Assembly (NCBI GenBank): GCA_051746725.1
Contig: JBNJFI010000016.1
Span: 1-30,135, forward strand
Origin: Fusobacteriota bacterium
GTDB taxonomy: Bacteria; Fusobacteriota; Fusobacteriia; Fusobacteriales; JBNJFI01
DNA length: 30,135 nt
Direction: 5' to 3'
Part shown: piece after piece, positions 1 to 9,533 of the stretch
How the letters are laid out: every line of letters begins with the position of its first letter
Numbering within the stretch: the stretch's first letter is position 1
Made by a program: the position numbers and the translations under genes
Notes under the pieces: model-generated
Databases searched by the model: none
Told to the model about the DNA's origin: nothing
The model's input: the letters and a program-made list of their open reading frames with translations, nothing else

Positions 1-58
1 AATTATTAGGTCTCATAAATCAAATAAAATAAGTAGATTAGAACTTTGCAACTAGCTA
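1..58 (+). mobile_element. Right end of a MITE-like element (truncated by window start)
   Basis: 1-58 aligns without gaps to 19876-19933 with 49/58 identities; ends in TTTGCAACTAGCTA (45-58), the terminal repeat of the copies ending at 19933 and 29562. Confidence 0.8.
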
Positions 59-86
59 AAAACATAAATAAAATGGAGGGTATATA

Positions 87-599
87 ATGACTAAAGTAGG
101 TATAATAATGGGGAGTGATTCTGATTTACCTGTTATGCAAGAGGCAGCAAAAATATTAGATGAATTAGAAGTTGAATATGAGTTAACTGTAGTTTCAGCA
201 CATAGAACTGTTAACAGAATGGTTGATTATGCAAAGAATGCTTCTGATAGAGGAATAGAAGTTATAATAGCAGGAGCTGGAGGAGCAGCTCATCTACCAG
301 GAATGGTGGCGGCTTTAACACATCTTCCAGTGATTGGTGTTCCTGTTAAAGGATCTAGTTTAAGTGGAATGGATTCTCTTTTATCAATAGTTCAAATGCC
401 AAATGGAGTTCCAGTGGCTACAGTTGCAATTAATAAATCAAAAAATGCAGGGATATTAGCTGCTAAAATTTTATCAAATAAATATGATAAAATAAAAGAG
501 AATGTAATTGATTATATGAACAATATGGAAAGTACAGTTGAAAAAACAGCTAAAAAAGTTGAAGATTTGGGATATTCAAAATATTTGGATCAAATGTAA
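87..599 (+). CDS. purE: N5-carboxyaminoimidazole ribonucleotide mutase
   Basis: [24 protein letters not shown] and [14 protein letters not shown] motifs; GGAGG RBS at 75-79. Confidence 0.97.
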   Translation: MTKVGIIMGSDSDLPVMQEAAKILDELEVEYELTVVSAHRTVNRMVDYAKNASDRGIEVIIAGAGGAAHLPGMVAALTHLPVIGVPVKGSSLSGMDSLLSIVQMPNGVPVATVAINKSKNAGILAAKILSNKYDKIKENVIDYMNNMESTVEKTAKKVEDLGYSKYLDQM

Positions 600-614
600 A
601 AATAGGAGAAATAA

Positions 615-1580
615 ATGAATTTATATAAACCAACAGAAAAAAATCTACAAAAAGCAGGAAAATACTTAAAAGAAGGAAAGTTAGTAGCTTTTCCAACAGA
701 AACAGTATATGGATTAGGTGGAGATCTATTTAATGAAAAATCCTTGGCTAAAATATTTAAAGCCAAGGATCGGCCTAGTTTTGATCCCTTAATAACTCAT
801 ATATCAGATTTAAAAATGTTGTATAAATTAGGTGATATCAAAAAAGGTGGATTAGTAGGAGATATTATAAATAAGTTTTGGCCAGGTCCTTTGACTTTAG
901 TTTTGCCTAAAAAAAAGATCGTTCCTAATTTAGCAACTTCGGGTTTAGACACATTTGCTGTAAGGATGCCTTCAAATGAAATTGCTTTGAAAATTATAGA
1001 AAATTCAAATGGAGCAGTGGCAGCACCAAGTGCCAATCCATTTGGTTATCTAAGTCCAACTACAGCTGAACATGTGAGAGAACAGCTAGAAGATAGAGTT
1101 GATATGATTATAGATGGAGATCAATGTGAAATGGGAGTTGAATCTACCGTTTTAGATCTTACAAAAAAAAATCCAATAGTACTAAGACCAGGAGCTATTT
1201 CTGTCGAGAAATTAGAAGAAGTTATTGGTAAAGTTGAGATATATAATAGAAAGACAAAAAATCCAACAGCTCCGGGACAACTTCCAAGTCATTATTCTCC
1301 AAGGACTCCTTTGAAAATATTTAAAGGGGAGATTTCAAAAGAAGATAAAAATAAAAAAATTGGTGTTCTATCTTTTAAAGGGAATGATTTAGGTATTAAT
1401 TATGATAAGATTGAGATTTTATCAAAAAAGGGTGACATGATTGAAGCTGCTTCTAGACTTTTTGAATTATTGCATGATTTAGATAAATCTAATATAGATA
1501 TTATCTATGCTGAACAGATCCCTGAAGTAGGAATTGGTAGAGCTATTATGGATAGAATATATAAGGCTTCTATAAAATAA
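615..1580 (+). CDS. sua5: L-threonylcarbamoyladenylate synthase (Sua5 type, YrdC + SUA5 domains)
   Basis: VAFPTETVYGL, KxRP, FWPGPLT, APSANP, PGQLPSHYSP linker and C-terminal SUA5 domain. Confidence 0.95.
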   Translation: MNLYKPTEKNLQKAGKYLKEGKLVAFPTETVYGLGGDLFNEKSLAKIFKAKDRPSFDPLITHISDLKMLYKLGDIKKGGLVGDIINKFWPGPLTLVLPKKKIVPNLATSGLDTFAVRMPSNEIALKIIENSNGAVAAPSANPFGYLSPTTAEHVREQLEDRVDMIIDGDQCEMGVESTVLDLTKKNPIVLRPGAISVEKLEEVIGKVEIYNRKTKNPTAPGQLPSHYSPRTPLKIFKGEISKEDKNKKIGVLSFKGNDLGINYDKIEILSKKGDMIEAASRLFELLHDLDKSNIDIIYAEQIPEVGIGRAIMDRIYKASIK

Positions 1581-1611
1581 ATTTTCAAAAAAGGTTAGAG
1601 AGGAGACATCA

Positions 1612-3450
1612 ATGAAAAACTTTCATTTGAGAAATAAAGTTTTAGTAGGATATGGAATAATGATTTTAATTTTAATTAGTGTCACTATATATTCCGTAAT
1701 GAATTTCATGTCATTAAATAAAGCTATAGATGAGATAATGTTGGAAAATTATAATAGTATTATAGCAGCTGAAAATATGATGGAAGCAATTGAAAGGCAA
1801 GATAGTGCTCAATTGATATACAGTTTCGGACAGACTGAAAAAGGACTAGAAATTTTTGGAAATAATGAGGTAAAATTTTTAAAATATCTTTCACGAGCCG
1901 AGGACAATATAACAATTGAAGATGAAAAAGGGATTATCAATAATATTAATAAAAAGTATAGGTTGTATTTAAAAAAACATTTGGGTTTAAAGGATTTAGA
2001 AAATGAGAAAAAAATGCAAAGTTATTATTTAAATGAATCTAATCCCCTTTTTAAAGAACTGAAAGAAAAAATCAGAGAATTACTTATTATAAATCAAGAA
2101 CACATGAAAAAATCACAACAAAATGCCAATGCGAATTCAAAACAGGCCACTATTTCTACAGTAATATTTTCTATGATAGCAATTATTATAGCTATAATTT
2201 TAGGTTTAAAAGTTTCTAAATTAATTTTAACTCCAATAAAAGAGTTGACACAAGTCACAAAAAAAATTGCATCAGGAGATTTAAATCAGGAGATAAAAGT
2301 AAATACCAAAGATGAAATAGGAGAGTTGGCCGAAGAATTTAATAAGATGACGGATAGGTTAAAAGAATATGAAGAGATGAATGTTAATACTTTGATTGCA
2401 GAAAAAAATAAATCAGAGGCTATAGTAAGAAGTATATCCAATCCATTAATTGTTACAGATAGTGAAAATAGAGTGTTGATAATGAACTCAAAGGCAGAAG
2501 AGATTTTTGGGTTAAAAGAAAAGTTAGCTAAAGGAAATCATTTTTTAGAAACGATAAAAAATGAAGAAATATTTAATTTAATAGATGAAACATTAAAAAC
2601 GGATAATATTGAAGATGGAATAAAATCAGAAGAATTAAAATTACATGAAGATAAGGATAAAGAGGCTTTTTTTAGAGTTACTACTAATCCAGTAACTAAT
2701 AAGAAAAAAGAAGTGAAAATGGTTGTTACTCTATTTGATGATATCACTCATTTAAAAGAGACTGATAACTTAAAAACTGAATTTGTATCTATAGTATCGC
2801 ATGAATTCAGGACTCCTTTGACTTCAATGAAGATGGGAATAAATATGCTATTAGAAAGAGAAGTAGGAGAATTAAATGAAACTCAGGAGGAGTTGTTAGA
2901 AGTAGCAGAAGAGGATTGTGAAAGATTAAATAATTTAGTAGATGATTTACTAGACTTATCTAAAATAGAATCAGGAGAGATTGATTTAGAGTTTGAAAAT
3001 GTCAAGATAAATGAAATATTGAAAATAGCAACTAAACCTTTTATTGAGCAGGCAAAAAATAAAGGTGTTGAGATCATAGCTAAAGAAGGGCAAAAAGATT
3101 TAAAAGTTCATGTTGACATTAATAAAGTAACATGGATAATAACAAATCTAATTGGAAATGCTTTGAGGTATACAAGCGAAGGGGATAAAATAAAAATTAT
3201 AGCAGAAAAGAAAGGACATAAAGCTCATATTTCTGTTGAAGATACTGGAAAGGGGATTCCACATCAGTATCAAGGTAAAATATTTGATAAATTTGTTAGA
3301 GTTGGAGAAGATAAAGATTCTGACACTGGTTCTGGTTTAGGTTTAGCTATTTCAAAAGAAATGGTTGAAGCACATGGAGGAAGAATCTGGGTAGAAAGTG
3401 AAGAAGGAAAAGGGACTACATTTACATTTACCGTAAAATTAGCAAAGTAG
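1612..3450 (+). CDS. Membrane sensor histidine kinase (2 TM, helical periplasmic sensor, HAMP, PAS-like, HisKA, HATPase)
   Basis: Two hydrophobic segments, HAMP (DEIGELAEEFNKM), H-box SHEFRTPL, N-box NLIGNALRY, G1 DTGKGI, G2 GSGLGL. Confidence 0.95.
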   Translation: MKNFHLRNKVLVGYGIMILILISVTIYSVMNFMSLNKAIDEIMLENYNSIIAAENMMEAIERQDSAQLIYSFGQTEKGLEIFGNNEVKFLKYLSRAEDNITIEDEKGIINNINKKYRLYLKKHLGLKDLENEKKMQSYYLNESNPLFKELKEKIRELLIINQEHMKKSQQNANANSKQATISTVIFSMIAIIIAIILGLKVSKLILTPIKELTQVTKKIASGDLNQEIKVNTKDEIGELAEEFNKMTDRLKEYEEMNVNTLIAEKNKSEAIVRSISNPLIVTDSENRVLIMNSKAEEIFGLKEKLAKGNHFLETIKNEEIFNLIDETLKTDNIEDGIKSEELKLHEDKDKEAFFRVTTNPVTNKKKEVKMVVTLFDDITHLKETDNLKTEFVSIVSHEFRTPLTSMKMGINMLLEREVGELNETQEELLEVAEEDCERLNNLVDDLLDLSKIESGEIDLEFENVKINEILKIATKPFIEQAKNKGVEIIAKEGQKDLKVHVDINKVTWIITNLIGNALRYTSEGDKIKIIAEKKGHKAHISVEDTGKGIPHQYQGKIFDKFVRVGEDKDSDTGSGLGLAISKEMVEAHGGRIWVESEEGKGTTFTFTVKLAK

Positions 3451-3458
3451 GTGATATC

Positions 3459-3845
3459 TTGAAAAAAGTTTTATTAGTAGAAGATAATAAAAATATTAGT
3501 CGCGTAATACAGATAATGTTAAAAACTAATGGATATGATTACAAAATAGCTTCAGATGGAATAACTGCCACTGAAATAGCATTTGATTGGAAGCCTGATA
3601 TAATATTATTGGATATAAAAATTCCTAAAATGAATGGTCTTTTAGTATGTGAAACATTAAAAAAAGATGAAGAAACTTCTGATATTCCAATTTTAATGTT
3701 AAGTGCTATAGCTGAAGAGGAAACAATGAAAAAAGCCGATGATTTAGGAGCCAGCGATTATATAATAAAACCAGTTGAACCTAAAAAATTATTAGAAAAA
3801 ATAAAAGAAAATTTGGAAGATAAAAAAAAGAATGGAGATGAGTAG
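3459..3845 (+). CDS. Single-domain response regulator (REC only)
   Basis: VLLVED, PDIILLD, DYIIKP; TTG start after AGGTG. Confidence 0.92.
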   Translation: MKKVLLVEDNKNISRVIQIMLKTNGYDYKIASDGITATEIAFDWKPDIILLDIKIPKMNGLLVCETLKKDEETSDIPILMLSAIAEEETMKKADDLGASDYIIKPVEPKKLLEKIKENLEDKKKNGDE

Positions 3846-3847
3846 TA

Positions 3848-4525
3848 ATGAGTGAAAAAATATTAATTATTGATGATGAAAAAAATATACGATTTATGTT
3901 AGACAAATCTTTGAGCAAGGATTATGACGTAACATCTGCAGTTAATGGGGAAGATGGATTAGAGAAGTTAAAAGAGGGTGAATATGATTTAATTTTATTG
4001 GACATGAAATTACCTGGAATGGATGGATTAGAAGTATTAAAAAAAATAAAAGAAAGTAATAAAGAGGTTACTGTTATTATGATAACTGGATTTGGAAATA
4101 TAGATACTGCTGTTGAGGCTATGAAATTAGGGGCAGTTGATTATTTAAGGAAACCTTTTTCTTCAAATGAAATTAGAAGTATAGTAAGTGAGGTGATCGA
4201 AAGAAATAATATAGATTTATCTAAAGAATCTTCTGAAGATTATGAAGATCATTTAAATCACGCCAAGGCTTATATAAATAAAAGAGAATTTGACAAAGCT
4301 GAAGATTCTCTAAACAAAGCGATTAATTTGAATTCTGATAAACCTGTTGTTTTTAATTTATTAGGAGTTATATTAGAATTACAAAATAAAAAAGAGGAAG
4401 CGCAAAAAAATTATAGAGCGGCTTTAGCTTTAGATCCAACTTATGAACCTGCAAAACAAAATTTAAGTAGGACAACAAAGTTTGACTATAGCAAAGAAAA
4501 CATAAATATGGGAGAAGATAAGTAA
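3848..4525 (+). CDS. Response regulator with C-terminal TPR repeats
   Basis: REC (ILIIDDE, DLILLD, DYLRKPF) followed by TPR-like helices (AEDSLNKAINLN, FNLLGVILELQ, AQKNYRAALALDP). Confidence 0.9.
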   Translation: MSEKILIIDDEKNIRFMLDKSLSKDYDVTSAVNGEDGLEKLKEGEYDLILLDMKLPGMDGLEVLKKIKESNKEVTVIMITGFGNIDTAVEAMKLGAVDYLRKPFSSNEIRSIVSEVIERNNIDLSKESSEDYEDHLNHAKAYINKREFDKAEDSLNKAINLNSDKPVVFNLLGVILELQNKKEEAQKNYRAALALDPTYEPAKQNLSRTTKFDYSKENINMGEDK

Positions 4526-4536
4526 AAGGAGGAAAT

Positions 4537-4947
4537 ATGTATATAGTTATTATTGGCTGTGGACGAAGTGGTTCATATTTAGCTAATAGATTATCTAAAT
4601 TAAGAAATGATGTTGTAATAATTGATAAATATGAAAAATCTTTTAGAAGACTATCCACAGAGTTTACTGGGTTTAAAATTTGTGGTGATGGAACTGAGGT
4701 TGAAATATTAAAACAGGCGAAATGTGATAAAGCAGATGTAGTTGTGGCAGCTACAGATAGTGATAACATAAACTCAATGATTTCGCAAATTTCTAAAACA
4801 ATATACAAAGTACCAAAGGTTTTAGTAGAAGTAATAGATCCAGATAAAGAATCTATCTATCAAGGGTTAGATATAATACCAATAAGTCCAACAGACTTAT
4901 TGGTAAAGGAATTAGAAGATAGTATTTTAGATGGGGAGGAAAAATAA
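4537..4947 (+). CDS. trkA: TrkA/KtrA-family RCK protein, RCK_N domain only
   Basis: IIGCGRSG Rossmann motif, GDGT, ADVVVAATDSDNIN; 136 aa with no RCK_C. Confidence 0.85.
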   Translation: MYIVIIGCGRSGSYLANRLSKLRNDVVIIDKYEKSFRRLSTEFTGFKICGDGTEVEILKQAKCDKADVVVAATDSDNINSMISQISKTIYKVPKVLVEVIDPDKESIYQGLDIIPISPTDLLVKELEDSILDGEEK

Positions 4948-5606
4948 TGGATATCATAATAGTAGGTGGAGGAAAGGTAATTTATTATCTTACTAAAAAT
5001 TTTATTGCCAAAGGATATAATGTAGTTGTTATAAATAAAGATAAAAAATATTGTAAAGTACTTGCAAGAGATTTAAATTGCATTGTTATAAATGGTGATG
5101 CTTCCAAAAAAGAATTTTTGAGACAAGCAGAAGCCTCTAAGGCAGATGCCATAATATCTCTTACAGGTGATGATCCGAGTAATTTATTTATATGTCAACT
5201 GGCATCTAAAGAATTTGGAGTTCCTTCAACTTTTTCCGTTGTAAATAATCCAGATAACGAAGAGATATTTAAGAAATTAGGAGTGGAAACTATATTTAAT
5301 ACTACTAAGTTGATTTCTTTATTAATAGAGCAAAGAGTAGAGGTCGCAGATGTTAACAACTTATTATCAATAGAAGAAGGAAAAATTAACGTTTCTCAAG
5401 TTATTTTAAAAGAAAAATCACCAGTTATAAATATGAAGTTATCAGAAATTGATTTACCACGTGACATTGTTTTTGGTTGTGTTATTAGAGGAGAAGAAGT
5501 TATAATACCCAGAGGAGACACAAAGTTATTAGAAAATGATAAGATCCTCATAATAACTCTTCCTGAAAAACAAGCAGAGGCATTTAGCGCGCTTACAGGA
5601 GATTAA
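4947..5606 (+). CDS. trkA: TrkA/KtrA-family RCK protein (RCK_N + RCK_C)
   Basis: IIVGGGKV, GDAS, and C-terminal IRGEEVIIPRGDTKLLENDKI; TAATG stop/start overlap with previous gene. Confidence 0.9.
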   Translation: MDIIIVGGGKVIYYLTKNFIAKGYNVVVINKDKKYCKVLARDLNCIVINGDASKKEFLRQAEASKADAIISLTGDDPSNLFICQLASKEFGVPSTFSVVNNPDNEEIFKKLGVETIFNTTKLISLLIEQRVEVADVNNLLSIEEGKINVSQVILKEKSPVINMKLSEIDLPRDIVFGCVIRGEEVIIPRGDTKLLENDKILIITLPEKQAEAFSALTGD

Positions 5607-5670
5607 TTACAAAAATAAAATCTAAGAAAGAGTCTGAAAATGACTCATTTATATAAGGTGGGGAGAAGGA

Positions 5671-7149
5671 ATGAGACATAAAAATATAATTAAAGATAGA
5701 TATAAACTTATGGCAAAATATATAGGGATTTTAATAATGTCAGTAGGAGGATTTTTATTACTTCCATTGCCAATTTTATTTTTTTATCCAGAAGATGTGA
5801 TTTATATAAAATCTTTCACAATACCCTCTGTGTTATGTGTAATATTAGGATTTATAATATGGAAATTAAGTAAAGGGAAGGGAGAAGGATCTCTTTCTTT
5901 AAAAGAAGGTGGAATTATAGTATTGGTTTCTTGGCTTGTAGCTATAATATCATCTGCATTTCCATTTATTATAAATGAACAATTAAATTTTACACAAGCT
6001 GTATTTGAAAGTACTAGTGGATGGACTACAACAGGATTATCAGTAGTAGATGTAACTGAAACACCAAAAATATTTTTATTATGGAGAAGTATAATGCAGT
6101 TTTTTGGTGGAGCAGGTCTAGTAGTAGTTATGCTTTCTTCTGTGCTACATCCCTATGGATTTGAATTATATAATGCCGAAGGAAGAAATGATCAACTTTT
6201 ACCACATATAAAGAAATCAACTAAAGCAATAATGTATATATATAGTGGTTATACTTTAGCTGGAATATTATTATATGTTGTAGCCGGTATGGGAGTATTT
6301 GATGCAATTAATCACTCAATAGCAGCTCTCTCAACAGGGGGGTTTTCAACAAGACCAGAAAGTATTGGATACTGGGATAGCTTACCAATTGAAATGATTA
6401 CATGGATTCTTATGATACTAGGTACTATTAATTTTGCAACACATTTTACTTTATTAAAAGGTAAATTTAAGATATTTTTTAAAAATGGGGAAATTAAATT
6501 AATGTTATTTATAATAGCCTTTTTTGCTCCATTTATTGGATATTTTACTCTAGGGACAGTATATACATCTGTTTCAGATAAACTTAGAAGATCATTATTT
6601 GAGGTGATATCTGCTATTTCAACAACTGGTTTTTCTCTAGATGTATTTAGTAATTGGAATCAAATAGGTGTTTTTGCAATGATACTCATGATGCTCATTG
6701 GTGGTGGAACTGGTTCTACAGCCGGGGGTATTAAATTATATAGAATATATTTAATGATTAAATCATTTTGGTGGGAATTAAAAATGTATTTTTTACCCAA
6801 AAATGCTGTGGTTGAAAATTATATCTGGCGAGGAGAAGAAAAAACATATATAAAAATTGAATATATTAGAGAAACTGCAAACTATATATTTATTTATATG
6901 ACTACCTTTTTTGCCGGTGTTTTAGTATATCTAGCCCATGGATATGATCTTTTAGAATCGATGTTTGAATTCGCATCTTCTTTGGGAACAGTTGGATTAT
7001 CAATTGGATTGACTAGTCCTGATGCTCCTGCAATGATATTGTGGACTCAAACATTAGGAATGATATTAGGTAGATTAGAATTTTTAGTTATAATATTTGC
7101 TGTGATGAAGATATTCAAAGATATTAAATATATGGCATTAAACAAATAA
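5671..7149 (+). CDS. trkH: Trk/Ktr potassium uptake membrane subunit
   Basis: Polytopic membrane protein with four pore motifs (SGWTTTG, ALSTGG, AISTTG, SLGTVG), GGGTGSTAGGIK and GRLE. Confidence 0.95.
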   Translation: MRHKNIIKDRYKLMAKYIGILIMSVGGFLLLPLPILFFYPEDVIYIKSFTIPSVLCVILGFIIWKLSKGKGEGSLSLKEGGIIVLVSWLVAIISSAFPFIINEQLNFTQAVFESTSGWTTTGLSVVDVTETPKIFLLWRSIMQFFGGAGLVVVMLSSVLHPYGFELYNAEGRNDQLLPHIKKSTKAIMYIYSGYTLAGILLYVVAGMGVFDAINHSIAALSTGGFSTRPESIGYWDSLPIEMITWILMILGTINFATHFTLLKGKFKIFFKNGEIKLMLFIIAFFAPFIGYFTLGTVYTSVSDKLRRSLFEVISAISTTGFSLDVFSNWNQIGVFAMILMMLIGGGTGSTAGGIKLYRIYLMIKSFWWELKMYFLPKNAVVENYIWRGEEKTYIKIEYIRETANYIFIYMTTFFAGVLVYLAHGYDLLESMFEFASSLGTVGLSIGLTSPDAPAMILWTQTLGMILGRLEFLVIIFAVMKIFKDIKYMALNK

Positions 7150-7164
7150 GTATAAAATTGGTGT

Positions 7165-7193
7165 TTGTATATAGATACCTGATATGTTATAAT
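7165..7193 (+). promoter_or_regulatory. Sigma70-type promoter upstream of pyrF
   Basis: TTGTAT (7165-7170), 17-bp spacer, TGn-TATAAT (TATAAT at 7188-7193). Confidence 0.7.
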
Positions 7194-7265
7194 TTAGAAT
7201 AGAGAACTTTGAATCCTATAAATTAATGGAAAATTAGATAATTAAAAAAATAGGGAGGAAACAAT

Positions 7266-7979
7266 TTGAGAGAAAAATTAGTATTAGCATTAGATGTACC
7301 TGATTTTCAAAAAGCCAAGGAATTAGTAGAAGAACTAAAGGATAGAGTAGGTGTTTTTAAAGTTGGAAAAGAACTTTTTACAGCGGAAGGACCTAGAATT
7401 TTTGATGTAATCCGAGAAAACCACGGGAAAATATTTGCTGATTTAAAATATCATGATATTCCAAATACCGTAGCATCAGCAGCAAGAGTATTAACTAGAC
7501 AGGGTGTTGATATGTTTAATGTTCATGCAACAGGTGGTTTTGAAATGATAAAAACTACTAGAGAAGCTATTGAAGATGAAGCTTCAAAAAAGGGGATTAA
7601 AAGACCAATATTATTAGCAGTAACTGTTTTAACAAGCTTAGATAAATCAGACTTAGACATGTTAAAAATATCAGCTTCTAATACCCAAGAGTATGTTTTA
7701 CATTTGGCTAAAATGGCAAAAAAGGCAGGGGCAGATGGTGTAGTATGTTCCCCTAAAGAGATAGGGATAATCAAAAAAGAGTTAGGAGAAGATTTTATAA
7801 CTTTGTCACCTGGTATTAGACCAAAATGGGCACAAGTAGGAGATCAAAAAAGGATTATGACTCCTAAACAGGCTGTTCAAGAAGGTGGAGATTATATAGT
7901 CATTGGAAGACCAATAAGAAATTCTGAAGATAGAAAAGAGGCAGCAGACAAGATACTAGAGGAGATGAATGAAGTATGA
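7266..7979 (+). CDS. pyrF: Orotidine-5'-phosphate decarboxylase
   Basis: LALD, FADLKYHDIPNT, PGIRP, DQKR, VIGRPI; TTG start after GGAGG. Confidence 0.97.
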   Translation: MREKLVLALDVPDFQKAKELVEELKDRVGVFKVGKELFTAEGPRIFDVIRENHGKIFADLKYHDIPNTVASAARVLTRQGVDMFNVHATGGFEMIKTTREAIEDEASKKGIKRPILLAVTVLTSLDKSDLDMLKISASNTQEYVLHLAKMAKKAGADGVVCSPKEIGIIKKELGEDFITLSPGIRPKWAQVGDQKRIMTPKQAVQEGGDYIVIGRPIRNSEDRKEAADKILEEMNEV

Positions 7980-8413
7980 AACAACAACGAATGAATCCAA
8001 ATCAAATGAGCCAAATAGATATGATGAAGAATAAATCTATGATGGGAATGGCTTCATATGTTCAAAAGTTAGGAAAAGGAAAAAGGAAGCATGTTTTAAA
8101 AATAGAAAAGCACAATAAAAAAATGCTTGGGAAGTTAGCAGGAGAATTAAAAAAACAGGCTTCTGCCTATGGAGAACAACAGGCAAAGGGAATGTTAAAT
8201 TTTCTCAGTTATTTAGAAAATGAAGCTAAAAAGAAAAAGAAAAAAGAATTAAAAGTAAGTTTTGCAGAATTGAATTTTTTAAAAAAGACTTTACGAGAAT
8301 CTTTAGCTAGAATGGATGAGATGGAATACAAATGGTATCAATTTTTTAGAAAATGGATGATGAAATTAATGGCAAAACAATATAGAGAATTATTAAAAGA
8401 TATAACAAAATAA
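7976..8413 (+). CDS. Hypothetical basic, helical protein
   Basis: 145-aa ORF overlapping the pyrF stop (ATGA), AGGAG upstream; Lys/Met rich; no recognised motif. Confidence 0.75.
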   Translation: MKQQRMNPNQMSQIDMMKNKSMMGMASYVQKLGKGKRKHVLKIEKHNKKMLGKLAGELKKQASAYGEQQAKGMLNFLSYLENEAKKKKKKELKVSFAELNFLKKTLRESLARMDEMEYKWYQFFRKWMMKLMAKQYRELLKDITK

Positions 8414-8451
8414 TATATAAATCTAATAAAAAAATATGAGGAGGACATTTA

Positions 8452-9450
8452 ATGCACAATATTACTTTAATACCTGGAGATGGAATAGGTCCAGAAATAA
8501 CAGAGGCAGTAAAAAAGATTATCAAAAAAGCAGGTGTAAAAATTAATTGGGAAGAGGTAAATGCTGGATTAGGAGCAATGGAAAGCGAAGGAACGCCTCT
8601 ACCGGATAGCGTAATTGAAAGTATCAAAAAAAATAAGGTAGCTCTAAAAGCTCCAATAACAACACCAGTAGGTGGAGGATTTAGAAGTGTTAATGTTGCT
8701 ATAAGAAAAAAATTAAATTTATATGCAAATATTAGACCATCTAAAACCTTTGATGGGGTTGAAAATAGATATGATGATATCGATTTAGTTACTGTAAGAG
8801 AAAATACCGAGGGATTATATTCAGGAGTAGAGCATTATATTGGAGATAAAATTGCAGCTGAAACAATTAAAATCATAACTAGAAAAGCATCAGAAAATAT
8901 CGTCAGATTTGCATTTGAATATGCAAAGGATAACAATCGAAAAAGAGTAACAGCATTACATAAAGCAAATATTCAAAAATTCACAGATGGATTATTTCTA
9001 GATGTAGCTAGAGAAATTGCTAAGGAGTATCCTGAAATTGAATTTGATGATAGAATAATAGATAATATGTGTATGCAATTAGTTCAATATCCAGAGCAAT
9101 ATGATGTTATGGTAGCCCCTAACTTTTATGGTGATATAATTTCAGATTTATGTTCAGGATTAGTAGGTGGATTGGGAATGGCTCCAGGAGCTAATATAGG
9201 AGAAAATTGTGCAGTATTTGAGGCAGTACATGGATCTGCTCCAGATATAGCTGGTAAAGACCTAGCAAACCCTTCTGCATTACTTCTTTCTGCAATAATG
9301 ATGTTAAATCATATAGGAGAAACAGAAAAAGCAGAAAAAATAGATAAAGCTTTAAAAACTGTATTAAAAGAGAAAAAAGTTGCAACTAAAGATCTTGGTG
9401 GAGATGCAACAACTACAGAATTTACAGATGCAATAATAGAAAAATTATAA
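8452..9450 (+). CDS. icd: Isocitrate dehydrogenase, probably NAD-dependent (beta-decarboxylating dehydrogenase family)
   Basis: [10 protein letters not shown]; isocitrate-type [31 protein letters not shown] (Asp-Ile, NAD-type). Confidence 0.85.
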   Translation: MHNITLIPGDGIGPEITEAVKKIIKKAGVKINWEEVNAGLGAMESEGTPLPDSVIESIKKNKVALKAPITTPVGGGFRSVNVAIRKKLNLYANIRPSKTFDGVENRYDDIDLVTVRENTEGLYSGVEHYIGDKIAAETIKIITRKASENIVRFAFEYAKDNNRKRVTALHKANIQKFTDGLFLDVAREIAKEYPEIEFDDRIIDNMCMQLVQYPEQYDVMVAPNFYGDIISDLCSGLVGGLGMAPGANIGENCAVFEAVHGSAPDIAGKDLANPSALLLSAIMMLNHIGETEKAEKIDKALKTVLKEKKVATKDLGGDATTTEFTDAIIEKL

Positions 9451-9465
9451 ACTTGGATATTAAAT

Positions 9466-9501
9466 TATCAAAAAAGCCCTTTTAAAAGGGCTTTTTTGAT
9501 A
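9466..9501. terminator. Intrinsic terminator (bidirectional form) after icd
   Basis: Perfect 36-bp palindrome TATCAAAAAAGCCCTTTT/AAAAGGGCTTTTTTGATA with A and T tracts. Confidence 0.85.
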
Positions 9502-9533
9502 GATGATTTAATATTTTATTAAAAGGGGGAGCT

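Noticed and set aside
46..74. Outward hybrid promoter from the TIR (TTGCAA-17-TAAAAT before purE)
   Set aside because: Predicted TSS would fall downstream of the purE RBS, and the other two copies lack a good -10 at this spacing.
9379..9390. GTTGCAACTA resembling the TIR core inside icd
   Set aside because: Within intact coding sequence with no partner TIR or direct repeat.
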